Assembly: GCA_963770945.1 (NCBI GenBank)
Contig: CAVYRP010000005.1
Span: 100,268-164,267 of the forward strand
Length of the DNA stretch: 64,000 nt
From: an uncultured Bacteroidota bacterium
GTDB lineage: Bacteria > Bacteroidota > Ignavibacteria > UBA10030
Direction of reading: 5' to 3'
The number at the start of each line of letters is the position of its first letter. The stretch's first letter is position 1. Of this stretch, positions 9,288 through 20,191 are shown piece by piece. Made by a program: the position numbers and the translations under genes. Below the pieces are notes generated by a model. That model searched no databases, had not been told where the DNA came from, and saw nothing but the letters and a program-made list of their open reading frames with translations.

Positions 9288-11106
9288 ATGGATGAATATG
9301 TTATGAATGTTCCGGCGTATATCAAAAATGAAAAAGCAATTTCATGGATAGAAGAAATTGTTGCGTTGACAAAACCGGATACTGTGTACTGGTGTGACGG
9401 TTCTCAAACTGAAAATGATACTATGTTTCAGCAGCTTGTGAAATCCGGATCATTCATAAAATTAAATGAAACAAAACGTCCAAACAGCTACCTGGTCAGA
9501 TCGGATGTAAGCGATGTGGCACGCGTGGAAGGCCGTACATTTATTTGCAGTGAAAATAAAAGTGATGCAGGCCCGACGAATAACTGGGTCGATCCGAAAG
9601 AGATGAAAACAACTCTAAATAAGTTGTTCGACGGCTGTATGCAGGGACGAACTATGTATGTTATCCCGTTTAGCATGGGACCGCTCGGATCTCATATTGC
9701 GCAAATCGGCATTGAATTAACCGATTCAGCATATGTTGTCGTTAACATGCGCATTATGACGCGGATGGGAAAAGCTGTTTGGGATGTATTGGGTACTCAG
9801 GGTGAATTTGTTCCCTGTGTGCATTCTGTTGGAGCGCCATTAAAACCTGGACAGAAAGATGTGCCCTGGCCCTGCAACTCGCAAAAATATATTGTCCATT
9901 ATCCCGAAGAACATGCAATCTGGTCTTTCGGAAGCGGGTACGGCGGCAACGCCCTGCTTGGAAAAAAATGTTTTGCACTGCGGATCGCTTCTACGATGGC
10001 GCATGAACAAGGCTGGCTGGCTGAGCATATGCTCATTATGGGACTCGAATCTCCGGAAGGTAAGAAAACATACATAGCAGGTGCATTCCCGAGTGCCTGC
10101 GGTAAAACAAATCTTGCGATGCTTATTCCGCCGGATTCTTTTAAAGGTTGGAAAGTAACTACTGTCGGCGATGATATCGCATGGATTAAACCGGGTAAAG
10201 ACGGCCGGCTTTATGGCATTAATCCTGAGAACGGATATTTTGGAGTTGCTCCGGGCACTTCTGAAAAATCAAATCCGAACGCAATGGCGACAATTAAAAA
10301 GTAATTCTATTTTTACTAATGTCGCGCTTACACCGGATGGCGATGTGTGGTGGGAAGGAATGACGAAAACACCTCCGCCTCAATTGATTGATTGGACGGG
10401 ACAACCATGGACACCCGACTGCGGGCGCAAAGCAGCGCATCCAAATGCCCGCTTTACAACTCCGGCATATCAGTGCCCTTCTATTGATCCTGAATGGGAA
10501 AATCCGAACGGTGTCCCGATTGAAGCATTTATTTTTGGCGGACGCCGAAGTAATACAATGCCGTTAGTGTGTCAATCCAGAGATTGGCAGCGCGGTGTAT
10601 ATCTTGCAGCTACGCTCGGCTCTGAGACGACTGCTGCTGCAGCCGGTGAAGTAGGTCAAGTGCGCCGCGATCCGTTTGCCATGCTTCCATTTTGCGGATA
10701 TCATATGGCCGATTATTTCAGTCACTGGCTCGATATGGGGAAACGTATTAAACATCAACCGCAAATTTTTGCAGTCAATTGGTTCCGTGTTGATGATAAT
10801 GGTAATTTCTTGTGGCCGGGATTCGGCGAAAATATGCGCGTATTGAAATGGATTTTTGATTGTGCCAATGGACAGATAAGCGGAATTGAAGGTCCGCTTG
10901 GCCGTATGCCCCAGTATGAAGATATAGACTGGAATGGATTGGAATTTTCAAAAAAACAATTTGAAGAAATAATGAATATAGACCCTGAATTATGGAAAAA
11001 AGAAATTCAGCTTCAGGAGGAACTCTTCATAAGTCTTCAGGATAAACTACCGAAAGAAATTATTTCTCTCAGCAAGTCGCTGCTTGCGAAGATTTCAAGC
11101 ATGTAG
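9288..11106 (+). pseudogene. pckG: phosphoenolpyruvate carboxykinase (GTP) with an apparent frameshift at ~10302
   Basis: GTP-PEPCK motifs are present ([15 protein letters not shown]; [10 protein letters not shown]). Frame 1 ends ...[10 protein letters not shown] at 10304. The family sequence continues as [20 protein letters not shown] in the next frame from 10303, so one extra nt sits at the junction. Confidence 0.9.
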
Positions 11107-11243
11107 TTCTTTTACGGGAATATATAACAAACCTAAACCGATTCGCCAAAAAGTAAAACGGTTTTTTCTGACCCTGTCAAGGTTGTCCGATCTGAATTGA
11201 AATATCTTGGAAGGGGGGTGTGCATACCATATATTAATCAAGT

Positions 11244-11783
11244 ATGAATCATAAATATAAGACAATCATTTTTGATTTTGATTATACATTGGCCGACTCT
11301 TCCATGGGGGCAATGGAGTGCATCAATTTTGCGTTAACAAATCTTGGCTTGCAGGCCGCGTTATACGAAGATATTTGTCAAACAATCGGTTTATCGCTCA
11401 CTGATACTTTGGTGAAACTTTCAAGCCGTGAAAATATCGAAAAAAGCAAAGAATTTGCACGGTTTTTTACACAACGTGCTGATGAAGTGATGGCAGTAAG
11501 CACGATTCTTTATAAAACTGTTCCACCGGCGATTTCCAAATTGAAGAAACATGGTTTTAAGATAGGTATTGTCTCAACCAAGTTTCGGTATCGAATAGAA
11601 GGTATTTTGCGGCGTGAAAACTTGACTATTTGTTGTACCTTTTTTCGTATCTAGATTTTGGCAGCAGACGATGTTTCCGGCAAAGCATCATATGCATTTT
11701 GGATAGTTGCAATGATCTGTTTTATGGTTGGTGGAGTTTTTGCAGCTTTATTAACATATATTCTTAACCCTGTTACCTGCTGA
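11244..11783 (+). pseudogene. HAD-superfamily phosphatase (phosphoglycolate-phosphatase-like), in-frame TAG and degenerate C-terminus
   Basis: Motif I is IIFDFDYTLADS and motif II is IGIVSTK. An in-frame TAG sits at 11652-11654, followed in the same frame by ILAADDVSGKA (motif III context). The remaining C-terminal third no longer resembles the family and stops at 11783. Confidence 0.65.
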
Positions 11784-12019
11784 TCAGGTGTTCCCCTGGA
11801 AAAGAACATCGAGCCGAGAAGAGGTTTCGATTCTTAATAATAAACTTTTCGGCATGAACTCGCTTTGTTATGTATATTTTGAGAGTATTTATTGGCGCAT
11901 CATATGCATCGTTAAACGGCGTTCGTGTTTTGATAACATTATCTAAAATTGAAGCGTTATCATAGAAGGATCTACTTAGCATAATAGAATTCAAATCAAA
12001 TAAGAACGGAAATATATTA

Positions 12020-12418
12020 ATGGATACAACTGCACCAAAACAAAAAGTGTTAATTATTGATGATAGCCCTACAATTCGACTTATTGTCAAAAGTGCTTTC
12101 GAGCATGAAGGTTTTAATGTATCCTTTGCCAGCGAAGGCAATGAAGGAGTGCACCTAGCGTTCATGGACCCTCCTAATATTATCATTCTCGATATTATGA
12201 TGGAAGGACTTCAAGGATTTGAAGTTTGCAAAATGCTTCGTTCTAATTCAAATTTGCGGCATACTGCCATTATTATTATATCGGGGAAATCATATAAATC
12301 GGACATAGACAGGGCAATAAAACTTGGTGCTGATGCATACGTTGTAAAACCTTTTTCATCTAAAGAGATTCTTGAAATTGCCATAGAACACATGAATAAA
12401 CGAGCGAGTCAACCATAA
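12020..12418 (+). CDS. single-domain response regulator (CheY-like receiver)
   Basis: 132 aa with VLIIDDS, IIILDIMMEGLQGFE, ISGK and a K in VVKP. There is no output domain and no adjacent kinase. Confidence 0.85.
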   Translation: MDTTAPKQKVLIIDDSPTIRLIVKSAFEHEGFNVSFASEGNEGVHLAFMDPPNIIILDIMMEGLQGFEVCKMLRSNSNLRHTAIIIISGKSYKSDIDRAIKLGADAYVVKPFSSKEILEIAIEHMNKRASQP

Positions 12419-12820
12419 AGAAGTTGATTATTGCTCGTGTTTTTACCATGTGCTCGTAAAATAATACGGGTAAAAATAATATCATCAAAACAACGTCTAA
12501 CCGGCGTATCCCCGAAGTGGTCCCTTAGGAACAAGCCAGCCTATACAATGTTACGGCTGTTAAACTGACCCCGATAAATCGGGGCAAGCGCGAATGAGCC
12601 CCGCGAAAGAACGTGGGGCAGGCTCCCTCTTAACCGGATTACATTCTAAGGTCTGGCTAAGCGAAAAGTCTGCAAAAGCATCCGATAGAAATATTATAGG
12701 GACACCATCGGATTTTTCATACACTATATATTATGGCACCAGAGAGAGAATAAAATATATACAGCCCATTGATGAAGGACCGGTTGTAGGTGTTGCGGTA
12801 AGCACGGGCCTTTTAAGAAT

Positions 12821-13947
12821 GTGATCAACGCATTAAAGCCAATTGATTTATACTTTGCGCAAAATAGAAGCATTTTACTAAAGCCCAATTTGGGAAGGAT
12901 GGCTAAACCCGAACATGGGTATAATACACATCCGTTAGCATTGGCAGCTTTAATAAAAATCTTGAAAAAAGCAGGGGCATCAAAAGTTGCAATAGGAGAG
13001 AGTCCGCTTGTCGGAAATGATGCTTTTGAGGCTTTTGAAAAAGGAGGTATCGTAGAGATTGCCAATAAATATGGCATTGAGTTGATCGATATGGATGCAA
13101 AACCTCCGGTAAAAAAAAAGATACCGGATCCGAGAGTTGTATATGAAACAAAAGTTTGTCAGGCTGTTTATGAATATGATATTCTTGTTTCAGTACCTGT
13201 GACTAAGACCCATATGCATACCGTTGTTACACTGGGCATTAAAGATTTAAAAGGATGTTTATACAAGCATGAAAAAGTGAGATTTAATCAGCTTGAATAT
13301 CAAAATACAAATTACCCCGAGAAAACGTTGGATTCTGCTATTTCCGAATTAGCAGCGATTTTGCTGCCCGACTTACTGTCATCGACGGCTATGTCGGAAT
13401 GGAAGGTCTTGGCCCTTCCGGTGGAGATATCATTAAATCGGATTTCGCTGTAGCCTCCAGACATCCTATAGGTGCGGATGTTTTCGGATGTATTTTAATG
13501 GGCATCGATCCTTCGTCAGTGGTTCATTTAAGATTGGTTTTGGAAAGAAATAATTTTTCTTTCGATCCTTTATCATATTCTGTGTTTCCTGTGATTATCA
13601 AAAATTCATAGTTCCTTATAAACAACCACCAAAAGATATTTCAGTAAAATTTCAAAAGGTAAAGGTTTATGAAGAAGAGGCTTGCAGTCTGCTTGTCAAC
13701 TCTTTTTTTATTTTTAAGGCGCTTTAAAGATGAAATGACACCTTATTTACTGGATGATGGGAGGTTTCATATAGCAATAGGTAAAGGCGTAAAAAATGCA
13801 AAAGAGGGAACTGTATTTGTCGGCAATTGTACGAGAAACAATAAAGAAAATGGTATTTTTATAAAAGGGTGCCCACCTGTACCAACCCGTATTTATGAAG
13901 CAATTACAGGAGTAGAACCGGATGAAAACGAGCCTGAGGTTGAATAA
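12821..13947 (+). pseudogene. DUF362 domain protein, three frame changes (~13375, ~13590, 13689)
   Basis: DUF362-like blocks occur in successive frames: ILLKPNLG...HPLALAALIKILKKAGASKVAIGES; then TVIDGYVGMEGLGPSGGDI...ASRHPIGADVFGCILMGIDP; then DYQKFIVPYKQPPKDISVKFQKVKVYEEEACS; then CLSTL...VFVGNCTRNNKENGIFIKGCPPVP. Confidence 0.75.
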
Positions 13948-14103
13948 TAGGTTTAAATCAATAAATAATAATGTAATATTTACGGAATAGTAAAATGCAC
14001 GTCCGTTTCAATATGTAAAACCGGGACGAGACGGGGATATAAAGGTGGGGAATAAAATTTATCGGAAGAGGTATCGTTAAAGATTGGTTGGCATTTATGA
14101 AGT

Positions 14104-14126
14104 AGGGGCGAGGCGACCTCGCCCCT
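14104..14126 (-). terminator. GC-rich hairpin downstream of ferritin gene (no clear U-tract)
   Basis: GGGGCGAGG-CGA-CCTCGCCCC, a perfect 9-bp stem 9 nt after the ferritin stop. Confidence 0.4.
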
Positions 14127-14134
14127 AAGGCTAT

Positions 14135-14629
14135 CTATCCGGCTTTTCGCGCGCCTAATTGCTTATCGGCCATCATCAAACTGATCGGTGTGGTGCCGAT
14201 CATTTCCAGCATATTTATGATATCTAATGCGTTCTTTTCTTCTTCAACCTGCTCGTTGATGTACCATTGCAAAAATGTCTGCGATGCATAATCTTTTTCT
14301 TTTACAGCAAGTTCATAAAGCTTGTTAATTGAGGCCGTGACTTTTTGTTCGTGTTCCAAAACAATTTGGAAAACATCCAGAGGTGCCTTGAATTTCGCAG
14401 CCGGCTGCGCAATAGCTTTCAAGACCACTTTACCGCCGCGGTCGTATACATATTTAAAAAATTTCATTGCGTGCCCGGTTTCCTCCTGGTATTGTACGCG
14501 CATCCAATTTGCGAATCCGCCGAGATTTTCCCCCTCAAAATGCGCCGCCATTGAAAGGTAGATATAGGCAGAATAAAGCTCGAGATTGATTTGTTCGTTT
14601 ATTGCCTCTTGTAATGATTTACTTAGCAT
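14135..14629 (-). CDS. ftn: non-heme ferritin
   Basis: 164 aa. Ferritin-like diiron ligand pattern (ELYSAYIYLSMAAHF, QYQEETGHAMKF, LEHEQKVT, WYINEQVEEE). Confidence 0.92.
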   Translation of the reverse strand: MLSKSLQEAINEQINLELYSAYIYLSMAAHFEGENLGGFANWMRVQYQEETGHAMKFFKYVYDRGGKVVLKAIAQPAAKFKAPLDVFQIVLEHEQKVTASINKLYELAVKEKDYASQTFLQWYINEQVEEEKNALDIINMLEMIGTTPISLMMADKQLGARKAG

Positions 14630-14814
14630 TGACAGTCTCCTTTTTGAATGTTTGTGGTCGAATATTGAACAATGTTCGTCTTTATATAGTTCCAGAAATG
14701 GTTCTGAAGAATCTAATTGAAATCTTGGTAAATCGAAAGTATATTATTATATACAACCGCTTTTTTTTAAGCGGCACAAGTTTTTGTAATTATGCAGAAA
14801 GAAATATAGGTAAT

Positions 14815-15201
14815 ATGCCGACGTATGAGTATCGCTGTAAATCATGCGGATATGAGTTCGAAGAATTTCAATCAATGTCCGCAGAAAAACTGGTTATCTG
14901 CCCAAAATGTGCAGAGCCGTCGTTAAAACGACTGATGTCGAGCGGGGTGGGATTGCTGTTTAAAGGCAGCGGTTTTTATCAAACTGATTATAAGAAGACA
15001 AGCTCCTCTGCGTCATCCCAAAGCAAGAAACCAGAATCGAAAACTGAATCGAAGGCGGAGCCGAAATCCGGGCAGAAATCTGAACAGAAACCGGAATCAA
15101 AACCGGATTTAAAACCTGAAGCAAAAACCCAATCAAAGACTCAGTCAAAGACAGAGACAAAGCAACCGAAGGATTCATCTTCGGGAACGGATAAAAAATA
15201 G
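14815..15201 (+). CDS. FmdB-family zinc-ribbon protein with K/S/E/P-rich low-complexity tail
   Basis: MPTYEYRCKSCGYEFEEFQSMSAEKLVICPKCAE shows the CxxC...CxxC pattern. The start is taken at ATG 14815; the upstream part of track ORF 14602-15201 overlaps the ferritin start and looks non-coding. Confidence 0.8.
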   Translation: MPTYEYRCKSCGYEFEEFQSMSAEKLVICPKCAEPSLKRLMSSGVGLLFKGSGFYQTDYKKTSSSASSQSKKPESKTESKAEPKSGQKSEQKPESKPDLKPEAKTQSKTQSKTETKQPKDSSSGTDKK

Positions 15202-15245
15202 GAAGGGTTTTTTAGCTCAGGCTTAAATATCTCGGGTGACTTTGC

Positions 15246-16370
15246 TTACCGCTTGCCGCTGACATCGAATCCTGCAGCCTGAAGCGCATGCGCGGCGTCT
15301 GCAGCGACAATGCGGTTTTCGAACGACAGCCGGAATGTCCCGCCGCGTCCTTCGCGCACTTTAAGCAATTCCATATCTTTAATATTAATACTACGGTTTG
15401 CCAGCGATGAAGCGAGGCGTGCAAGTTCACCCGGTCTGTCCTCAAGGAAAACCACAAGTTCGACAAGCGGAGTAAGGTATCCTTTCATCGAACGCGGAAT
15501 ACGTGACCGCAGTGTACGCGATGTTTTGAATTCTCCTGACAACCGTGCCGGAGCTGAATTCACCATAGATGCGATTTTTTTCAGCTGTTTGATGTAAATA
15601 AGCAGGGCTTTGTTGATTTCTTTTCGATTGGCAGAAAGAATATCTTTCCACATTCCAAAAGGGCTCGATGCGATACGCGTCATATCGCGGAAGCCGCCGG
15701 CGGCAAATGCCAGATGATTTGGAGCGTCCGGATGATGCCTGCCTACGGAATTCATCAGTGCAACAGCAGCAAGCTGCGGCAGGTGGCTGACCGCTGCAAC
15801 GACACTGTCATGCGTCGAGGGGTCAATGACAAAAATACGTGCATCGAGCGAAGAAAAAAAATCTGCCAGCAACTTCAGTGATTGTTTCTTTGTTGAAGGT
15901 GCCGGAGTAAGAATATATAGAGCATTCTGGAATAGCAGGGGATGGGCCGCATCGATACCGGAAAATTCGGAACCGGCCATAGGATGTCCGCCGATAAAGT
16001 TGCCGCCGGGAAAAAGCCGCTGTGCATTTTTCACTAACAATTGCTTTACGCTGCCGGTGTCGGTTACGATTGTTTTCCGTGAACAATTTTTTGCCACAAT
16101 AGGCAATATCTTTGCAATACTCGAGACCGGTGCGGCAAGAATAACAAGATCCGCCGAACGAACTGCCTGCCGGATCGATTTACCCGCCGAATCGATTGCA
16201 CGGCAAATTAAAGCCCGCTTGAGTACTTGCGGTTTATCTATGCCGGTAATTATGACGGAAGGATATCGCTGTTTAATCGCAAGCGCAAGCGATCCGCCGA
16301 TAAGCCCGACGCCGATTATGGTGATATGTTGAAAAGGAAGCTGTTCCTGTAGTTTCATTTTATTACTCAT
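15246..16370 (-). CDS. tyrA: prephenate dehydrogenase with C-terminal ACT-like domain
   Basis: 374 aa. Rossmann motif [12 protein letters not shown], a prephenate dehydrogenase core (GGHPMAGSE) and an ACT-like C-terminus. It overlaps the aroF stop by 4 nt. Confidence 0.9.
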   Translation of the reverse strand: MSNKMKLQEQLPFQHITIIGVGLIGGSLALAIKQRYPSVIITGIDKPQVLKRALICRAIDSAGKSIRQAVRSADLVILAAPVSSIAKILPIVAKNCSRKTIVTDTGSVKQLLVKNAQRLFPGGNFIGGHPMAGSEFSGIDAAHPLLFQNALYILTPAPSTKKQSLKLLADFFSSLDARIFVIDPSTHDSVVAAVSHLPQLAAVALMNSVGRHHPDAPNHLAFAAGGFRDMTRIASSPFGMWKDILSANRKEINKALLIYIKQLKKIASMVNSAPARLSGEFKTSRTLRSRIPRSMKGYLTPLVELVVFLEDRPGELARLASSLANRSINIKDMELLKVREGRGGTFRLSFENRIVAADAAHALQAAGFDVSGKR

Positions 16371-17383
16371 GCAATAGAGCGTTCGATAGCTTGAGCGATG
16401 ATGCGGACTTCTTTCATCATTTGTGAAAATTGATCCGGATAAAGCGATTGTGCACCGTCGGATAAAGCATGATCGGGATCATGATGTACTTCGACAATAA
16501 TGCCGTCCGCTCCGGCTGCGACAGATGCGCGCGCCATGGGAATTACCTTATCTCGAATGCCAATTCCATGCGACGGATCGGCAAATATTGGCAGGTGGCT
16601 TTTTTTCTTTATTACCGGAATAGCGCTGATATCCATCGTGTTGCGTGTGGCGGTTTCAAAAGTCCGGATGCCGCGTTCACACAGGATGACTTGTTCATTG
16701 CCGCTGGACAGTATATATTCGGCAGACATCAGCCATTCATCGATTGTTGCAGCAAGTCCGCGTTTGAGCATCACCGGTTTCGACGTTCTGCCGAGGTCTT
16801 TCAGAAAAATATAATTCTGCATATTCCGTGCACCGACCTGTAAAATATCGGAATACTTTTCAACAAGATCGATCTGGCTTTTATCCATCACTTCGGTTAT
16901 GACTTTTAGTTGATATTCGTCCGCCGCAGCGCGTATCAGTTTCAATCCGTCTTCACCCAATCCCTGAAAGGAGTAAGGCGATGTTCGGGGTTTGAATGCA
17001 CCGCCGCGTAAAATTTTCGCACCCGATTCTTTTACATGCTTTGCAATTGTAAATATCTGATCTTCATTCTCTATCGAACATGGCCCTGCCATAACGATAA
17101 TTTCCCTGCCGCCGATCTTTACACCGCCGACATCAAATACTGAACCTTCGCGTTTGAAAGCACGGCTGGCGAGTTTGAACGGTTCCGTAACACGCAAAAC
17201 TTCGGCAACACCGGGCAGCAGTTCGATTTGCCTGTGATCAAATTCAGGATGGACGCCGATAGCGCCTAAGACTGTATGCTGCACACCGGTAGAACGATGG
17301 ATGTCGAATTTATGGTCGCGCAGGACACGAATAATTTCTTCTATTTGCTTTTCAGCGATACCGGGTTCTAAAACTACTATCAT
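16367..17383 (-). CDS. aroF: 3-deoxy-7-phosphoheptulonate (DAHP) synthase, type I-beta with N-terminal regulatory domain
   Basis: 338 aa. KDO8PS-like TIM barrel ([31 protein letters not shown]) preceded by a ~70-aa ferredoxin-like domain. Confidence 0.9.
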   Translation of the reverse strand: MIVVLEPGIAEKQIEEIIRVLRDHKFDIHRSTGVQHTVLGAIGVHPEFDHRQIELLPGVAEVLRVTEPFKLASRAFKREGSVFDVGGVKIGGREIIVMAGPCSIENEDQIFTIAKHVKESGAKILRGGAFKPRTSPYSFQGLGEDGLKLIRAAADEYQLKVITEVMDKSQIDLVEKYSDILQVGARNMQNYIFLKDLGRTSKPVMLKRGLAATIDEWLMSAEYILSSGNEQVILCERGIRTFETATRNTMDISAIPVIKKKSHLPIFADPSHGIGIRDKVIPMARASVAAGADGIIVEVHHDPDHALSDGAQSLYPDQFSQMMKEVRIIAQAIERSIA

Positions 17384-17479
17384 GGCAATCTATAAATTTA
17401 GTGGTTTTCGGTTTAGTGATCTTCTGCGGCAGACTTACTGCTTGTCGACTATCAGGCTTACAAATAATCGATTTGTCTG

Positions 17480-18364
17480 CTATTCATATCTATCCAATTT
17501 GAAATTCTCACCCAGGTACAGCTTCTTTGCTTCGGGATCATTAGCGAGATATTCCGCCGTGCCGGATTTCAGAATCTTTCCCTCGAACAGCAGATATGAC
17601 CGGTCGGTAATCGAAAGCGTTTCGTGAACATTATGATCTGTAATAAGTACACCAATGTTCTTTTCTTTGAGTTTCTTGACGATCTGCATTATGTCTTCGA
17701 CAGCGATTGGATCGATTCCTGCAAACGGTTCATCCAGCAGAAAAAATTTAGGATCCAATGCCAATGCGCGGGCAATTTCCGTTCTTCTCCGCTCGCCGCC
17801 TGAAAGGACGTATCCGAGGTTTTTTGAAAGATGTGTTAATCCGAATTCTTCCATCAACCGGCTGCACTTATCTTCCTGCTCTTTTCTCGTAAGCGTTGTG
17901 GTCTGCAGAACCGCCAGTATGTTGTCCCGTACCGACAAACGGCGAAATACCGAAGCTTCTTGAGGCAGGTATCCGATTCCCATCCGAGCTCTCTGGTACA
18001 TTGGTACCTTTGTGATTTCCTCGTTGTTAATAAACACACTGCCTTCGTTCGGACGTATCATTCCGACGATCATGTAAAATGTTGTTGTTTTACCCGCGCC
18101 GTTGGGACCTAGCAGCCCTACAATTTCTCCTCGCTGTACCTGTACTCCAACACGATCGACAACCGTACGTTTCTTATAACGTTTTACCAGGCCGTCTGAA
18201 CGAAGCGCCATTTGTGTATCGGCAGATACTTCACCTGCAGGAGATAATTGACGGATGGAGGGATTTAAAAGTTTTTTCTTAGAACGCTTTGCTTTCAGAT
18301 CCGATTGTGCCGGCGAAACAGCATGCGATGCATGTAAAGCAGATTGTTTTATTCGTTTTGCCAT
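17480..18364 (-). CDS. lptB: LPS export ABC transporter ATP-binding protein LptB (with ~50-aa basic N-terminal extension)
   Basis: Walker [10 protein letters not shown], signature LSGGERRR, Walker [13 protein letters not shown]. The ATG at 18364 sits 1 nt from the upstream gene's stop. An alternative internal start is M52 at 18211. Confidence 0.9.
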   Translation of the reverse strand: MAKRIKQSALHASHAVSPAQSDLKAKRSKKKLLNPSIRQLSPAGEVSADTQMALRSDGLVKRYKKRTVVDRVGVQVQRGEIVGLLGPNGAGKTTTFYMIVGMIRPNEGSVFINNEEITKVPMYQRARMGIGYLPQEASVFRRLSVRDNILAVLQTTTLTRKEQEDKCSRLMEEFGLTHLSKNLGYVLSGGERRRTEIARALALDPKFFLLDEPFAGIDPIAVEDIMQIVKKLKEKNIGVLITDHNVHETLSITDRSYLLFEGKILKSGTAEYLANDPEAKKLYLGENFKLDRYE

Positions 18365-18365
18365 T

Positions 18366-19643
18366 TTATTTGCTGACTATTCTTATTCCCTGACGCATTG
18401 GACGGTTTACGAAAAGGCGGAAACCATCAAGATTATAATTATCTTCGTGATTTAAAATCATTTTCTCCGGAAAATATTGCCCCTGCACACCACCGATGAC
18501 TTTTATGCGGTCCGCTTTCCCGGCGATAAAATCGATGATAATGCGATCGCCGCTTGATTTATTTACACCGTTCGGTTCATTATTGTCGAACAAATAATAA
18601 AGACTTGTTGCATTTCTTTGAACATCAACTTGTTCCAATTTATCAGCACGAAAGTACATTGTCAACTCCCGGCCCGTCAATTGATCATATCGATTTGAAA
18701 TCGTTGTATCGGCACGCGAGATTGCCATTGCGCGGTTCTTGACCCGGAGATTTCTCAGCTTTTTATTCTCCATCACGACGCGTATAGAATCACCGGAGAT
18801 TTGATTTTCTCCGCTCCAGATGACAGGCTGGATCTGAAGCGAGATTATGTCCTTTTGCGTATAATACGTTGCCATACCGCACCGTGATGACATATCGCTC
18901 CTCACCATACGGACACTGTCGATGGCGACAAATCGCTCTGTCGTGTCTTGAAACGACTGCATGATTCTGCTTTCCACAACCATCGTGTCGATAATCCCGG
19001 CGGAAGATGTATCGATTCTTACTAACCGCGGCTCTTTCATTATCAGAGTAAATTTTTGCTGTTCAAGATGAACGAGTGAATCGCCGTAGATATTGACTGC
19101 GTTGGCTTTTTCGAATAAATGCACGCTGCCGGTTGCAATCGAGCGGGCATCAGCTTCAAAATAATGCATTGTATTACATGTAATGACTGACGACGTATCG
19201 GTAAGTACGACATTATCCCAGAAAAGAGTACGTTTTTCATCGATAAAATATCTTGCATTTACTGCCGTGAGAAGGGATTTGCCGCGTTCTAATTCCACGC
19301 CTTTTTGCCCTTCCATCATCCGAAGATCGCCGTAATAGATACCTTCGTTCGACCGGATTGTGACGCTGTCGCGAATCACTTTTACATTTCCATATAACTC
19401 AATCTTGTTTTGCACAATATACCGAAGCGCCCGGTCGCACCAGACTTTTACCAGTCCGCCGCTAGCCGGAAATTGAACGAAATGAACATTGCCGATAAGC
19501 TCGCGGACTTCTTCGCCGTTAACATCCTTTCCTTTCAGTATGTCCGCATGCCGTAGATCAATGATGTTGCTTTGTTGAGCAGTTAAGCGGCAAATGAACA
19601 CAGGAAGGATGATTAGAAATAGATATGTCAGTCGGTTCCGCAT
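18366..19643 (-). CDS. OstA/LptA-like periplasmic LPS-transport protein
   Basis: 425 aa with a signal peptide and long beta-rich repeats. It sits between lptC and lptB in a Kdo/Lpt operon. The call rests mostly on context. Confidence 0.55.
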   Translation of the reverse strand: MRNRLTYLFLIILPVFICRLTAQQSNIIDLRHADILKGKDVNGEEVRELIGNVHFVQFPASGGLVKVWCDRALRYIVQNKIELYGNVKVIRDSVTIRSNEGIYYGDLRMMEGQKGVELERGKSLLTAVNARYFIDEKRTLFWDNVVLTDTSSVITCNTMHYFEADARSIATGSVHLFEKANAVNIYGDSLVHLEQQKFTLIMKEPRLVRIDTSSAGIIDTMVVESRIMQSFQDTTERFVAIDSVRMVRSDMSSRCGMATYYTQKDIISLQIQPVIWSGENQISGDSIRVVMENKKLRNLRVKNRAMAISRADTTISNRYDQLTGRELTMYFRADKLEQVDVQRNATSLYYLFDNNEPNGVNKSSGDRIIIDFIAGKADRIKVIGGVQGQYFPEKMILNHEDNYNLDGFRLFVNRPMRQGIRIVSK

Positions 19644-19648
19644 AGTTT

Positions 19649-20191
19649 CTATTCTGTTTGCGATTGGCCTGTAACGCGGAAAATGCGGTAATTTTTTAAA
19701 CTTTGATCTGATTCAAATCCATGCCCCTGCAGCCTGTCTTTTATAGTTGTGATTTGAACATATGCAGGAGTATATATGAGCTGGCGATTGTTGTCCCAAA
19801 ACAGTTGTTCGGTTTTCATACGCGATGAATCGCTTGAAACAACCATTACATTCTTGCGGGCTTCCAAATTGTTGGTCATTTCATCGACGGTTCCTTCGTC
19901 GCTTGTCAGTACGGAAGTCTGAATGCCATGCATATTAAAAAAGCGTACTCTGACTCCCTGACTTAAATAAGTTTTTTGGTCCGATTCGAATACACGTATG
20001 TACCCGGCAAAAATAATCGCAGTAACGCGCCCGGAATCGGATACGGTTATAGTGCTGTTCCAGCTTTCCTGCTGCGGGAGTGTCCGGCTGTCGATGGTGG
20101 AAATTACAGATGGTTTAATTTTTTCCTCACAACCGGTAAGCATGATTAAGGCAGCACAAAGCAGCGAGATCCAGATACAGAATAATTTCAT
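19649..20191 (-). CDS. lptC: LptC-like LPS export protein (lipoprotein signal LTGC)
   Basis: 180 aa. Size, N-terminal anchor and position between kdsD and the lptA-like gene all fit. Confidence 0.55.
   Translation of the reverse strand: MKLFCIWISLLCAALIMLTGCEEKIKPSVISTIDSRTLPQQESWNSTITVSDSGRVTAIIFAGYIRVFESDQKTYLSQGVRVRFFNMHGIQTSVLTSDEGTVDEMTNNLEARKNVMVVSSDSSRMKTEQLFWDNNRQLIYTPAYVQITTIKDRLQGHGFESDQSLKNYRIFRVTGQSQTE

Noticed and set aside
11773-12186. 137-aa minus-strand ORF, plus an adjacent open frame (...LRIYVNKAAKTPPTIKQIIATIQNAYDALPE) at 11655-11772.
   Set aside because: It overlaps the response-regulator start by about 165 nt, lies antisense to the HAD remnant and matches no recognisable family. 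I treat it as unassignable rather than as a gene.
12785-12812. GGTGTTGCGGTAAGCACGGGCC resembles the RNase P RNA GGUGCGGUAAGAGCGCACC block, and the ~390-nt gap has the right size.
   Set aside because: The other universally conserved RNase P blocks (GAGGAAAGUCCGGGC, ACAGAACCCGGCUUA) are absent. The sequence 3' of this block encodes the conserved DUF362 N-terminus.
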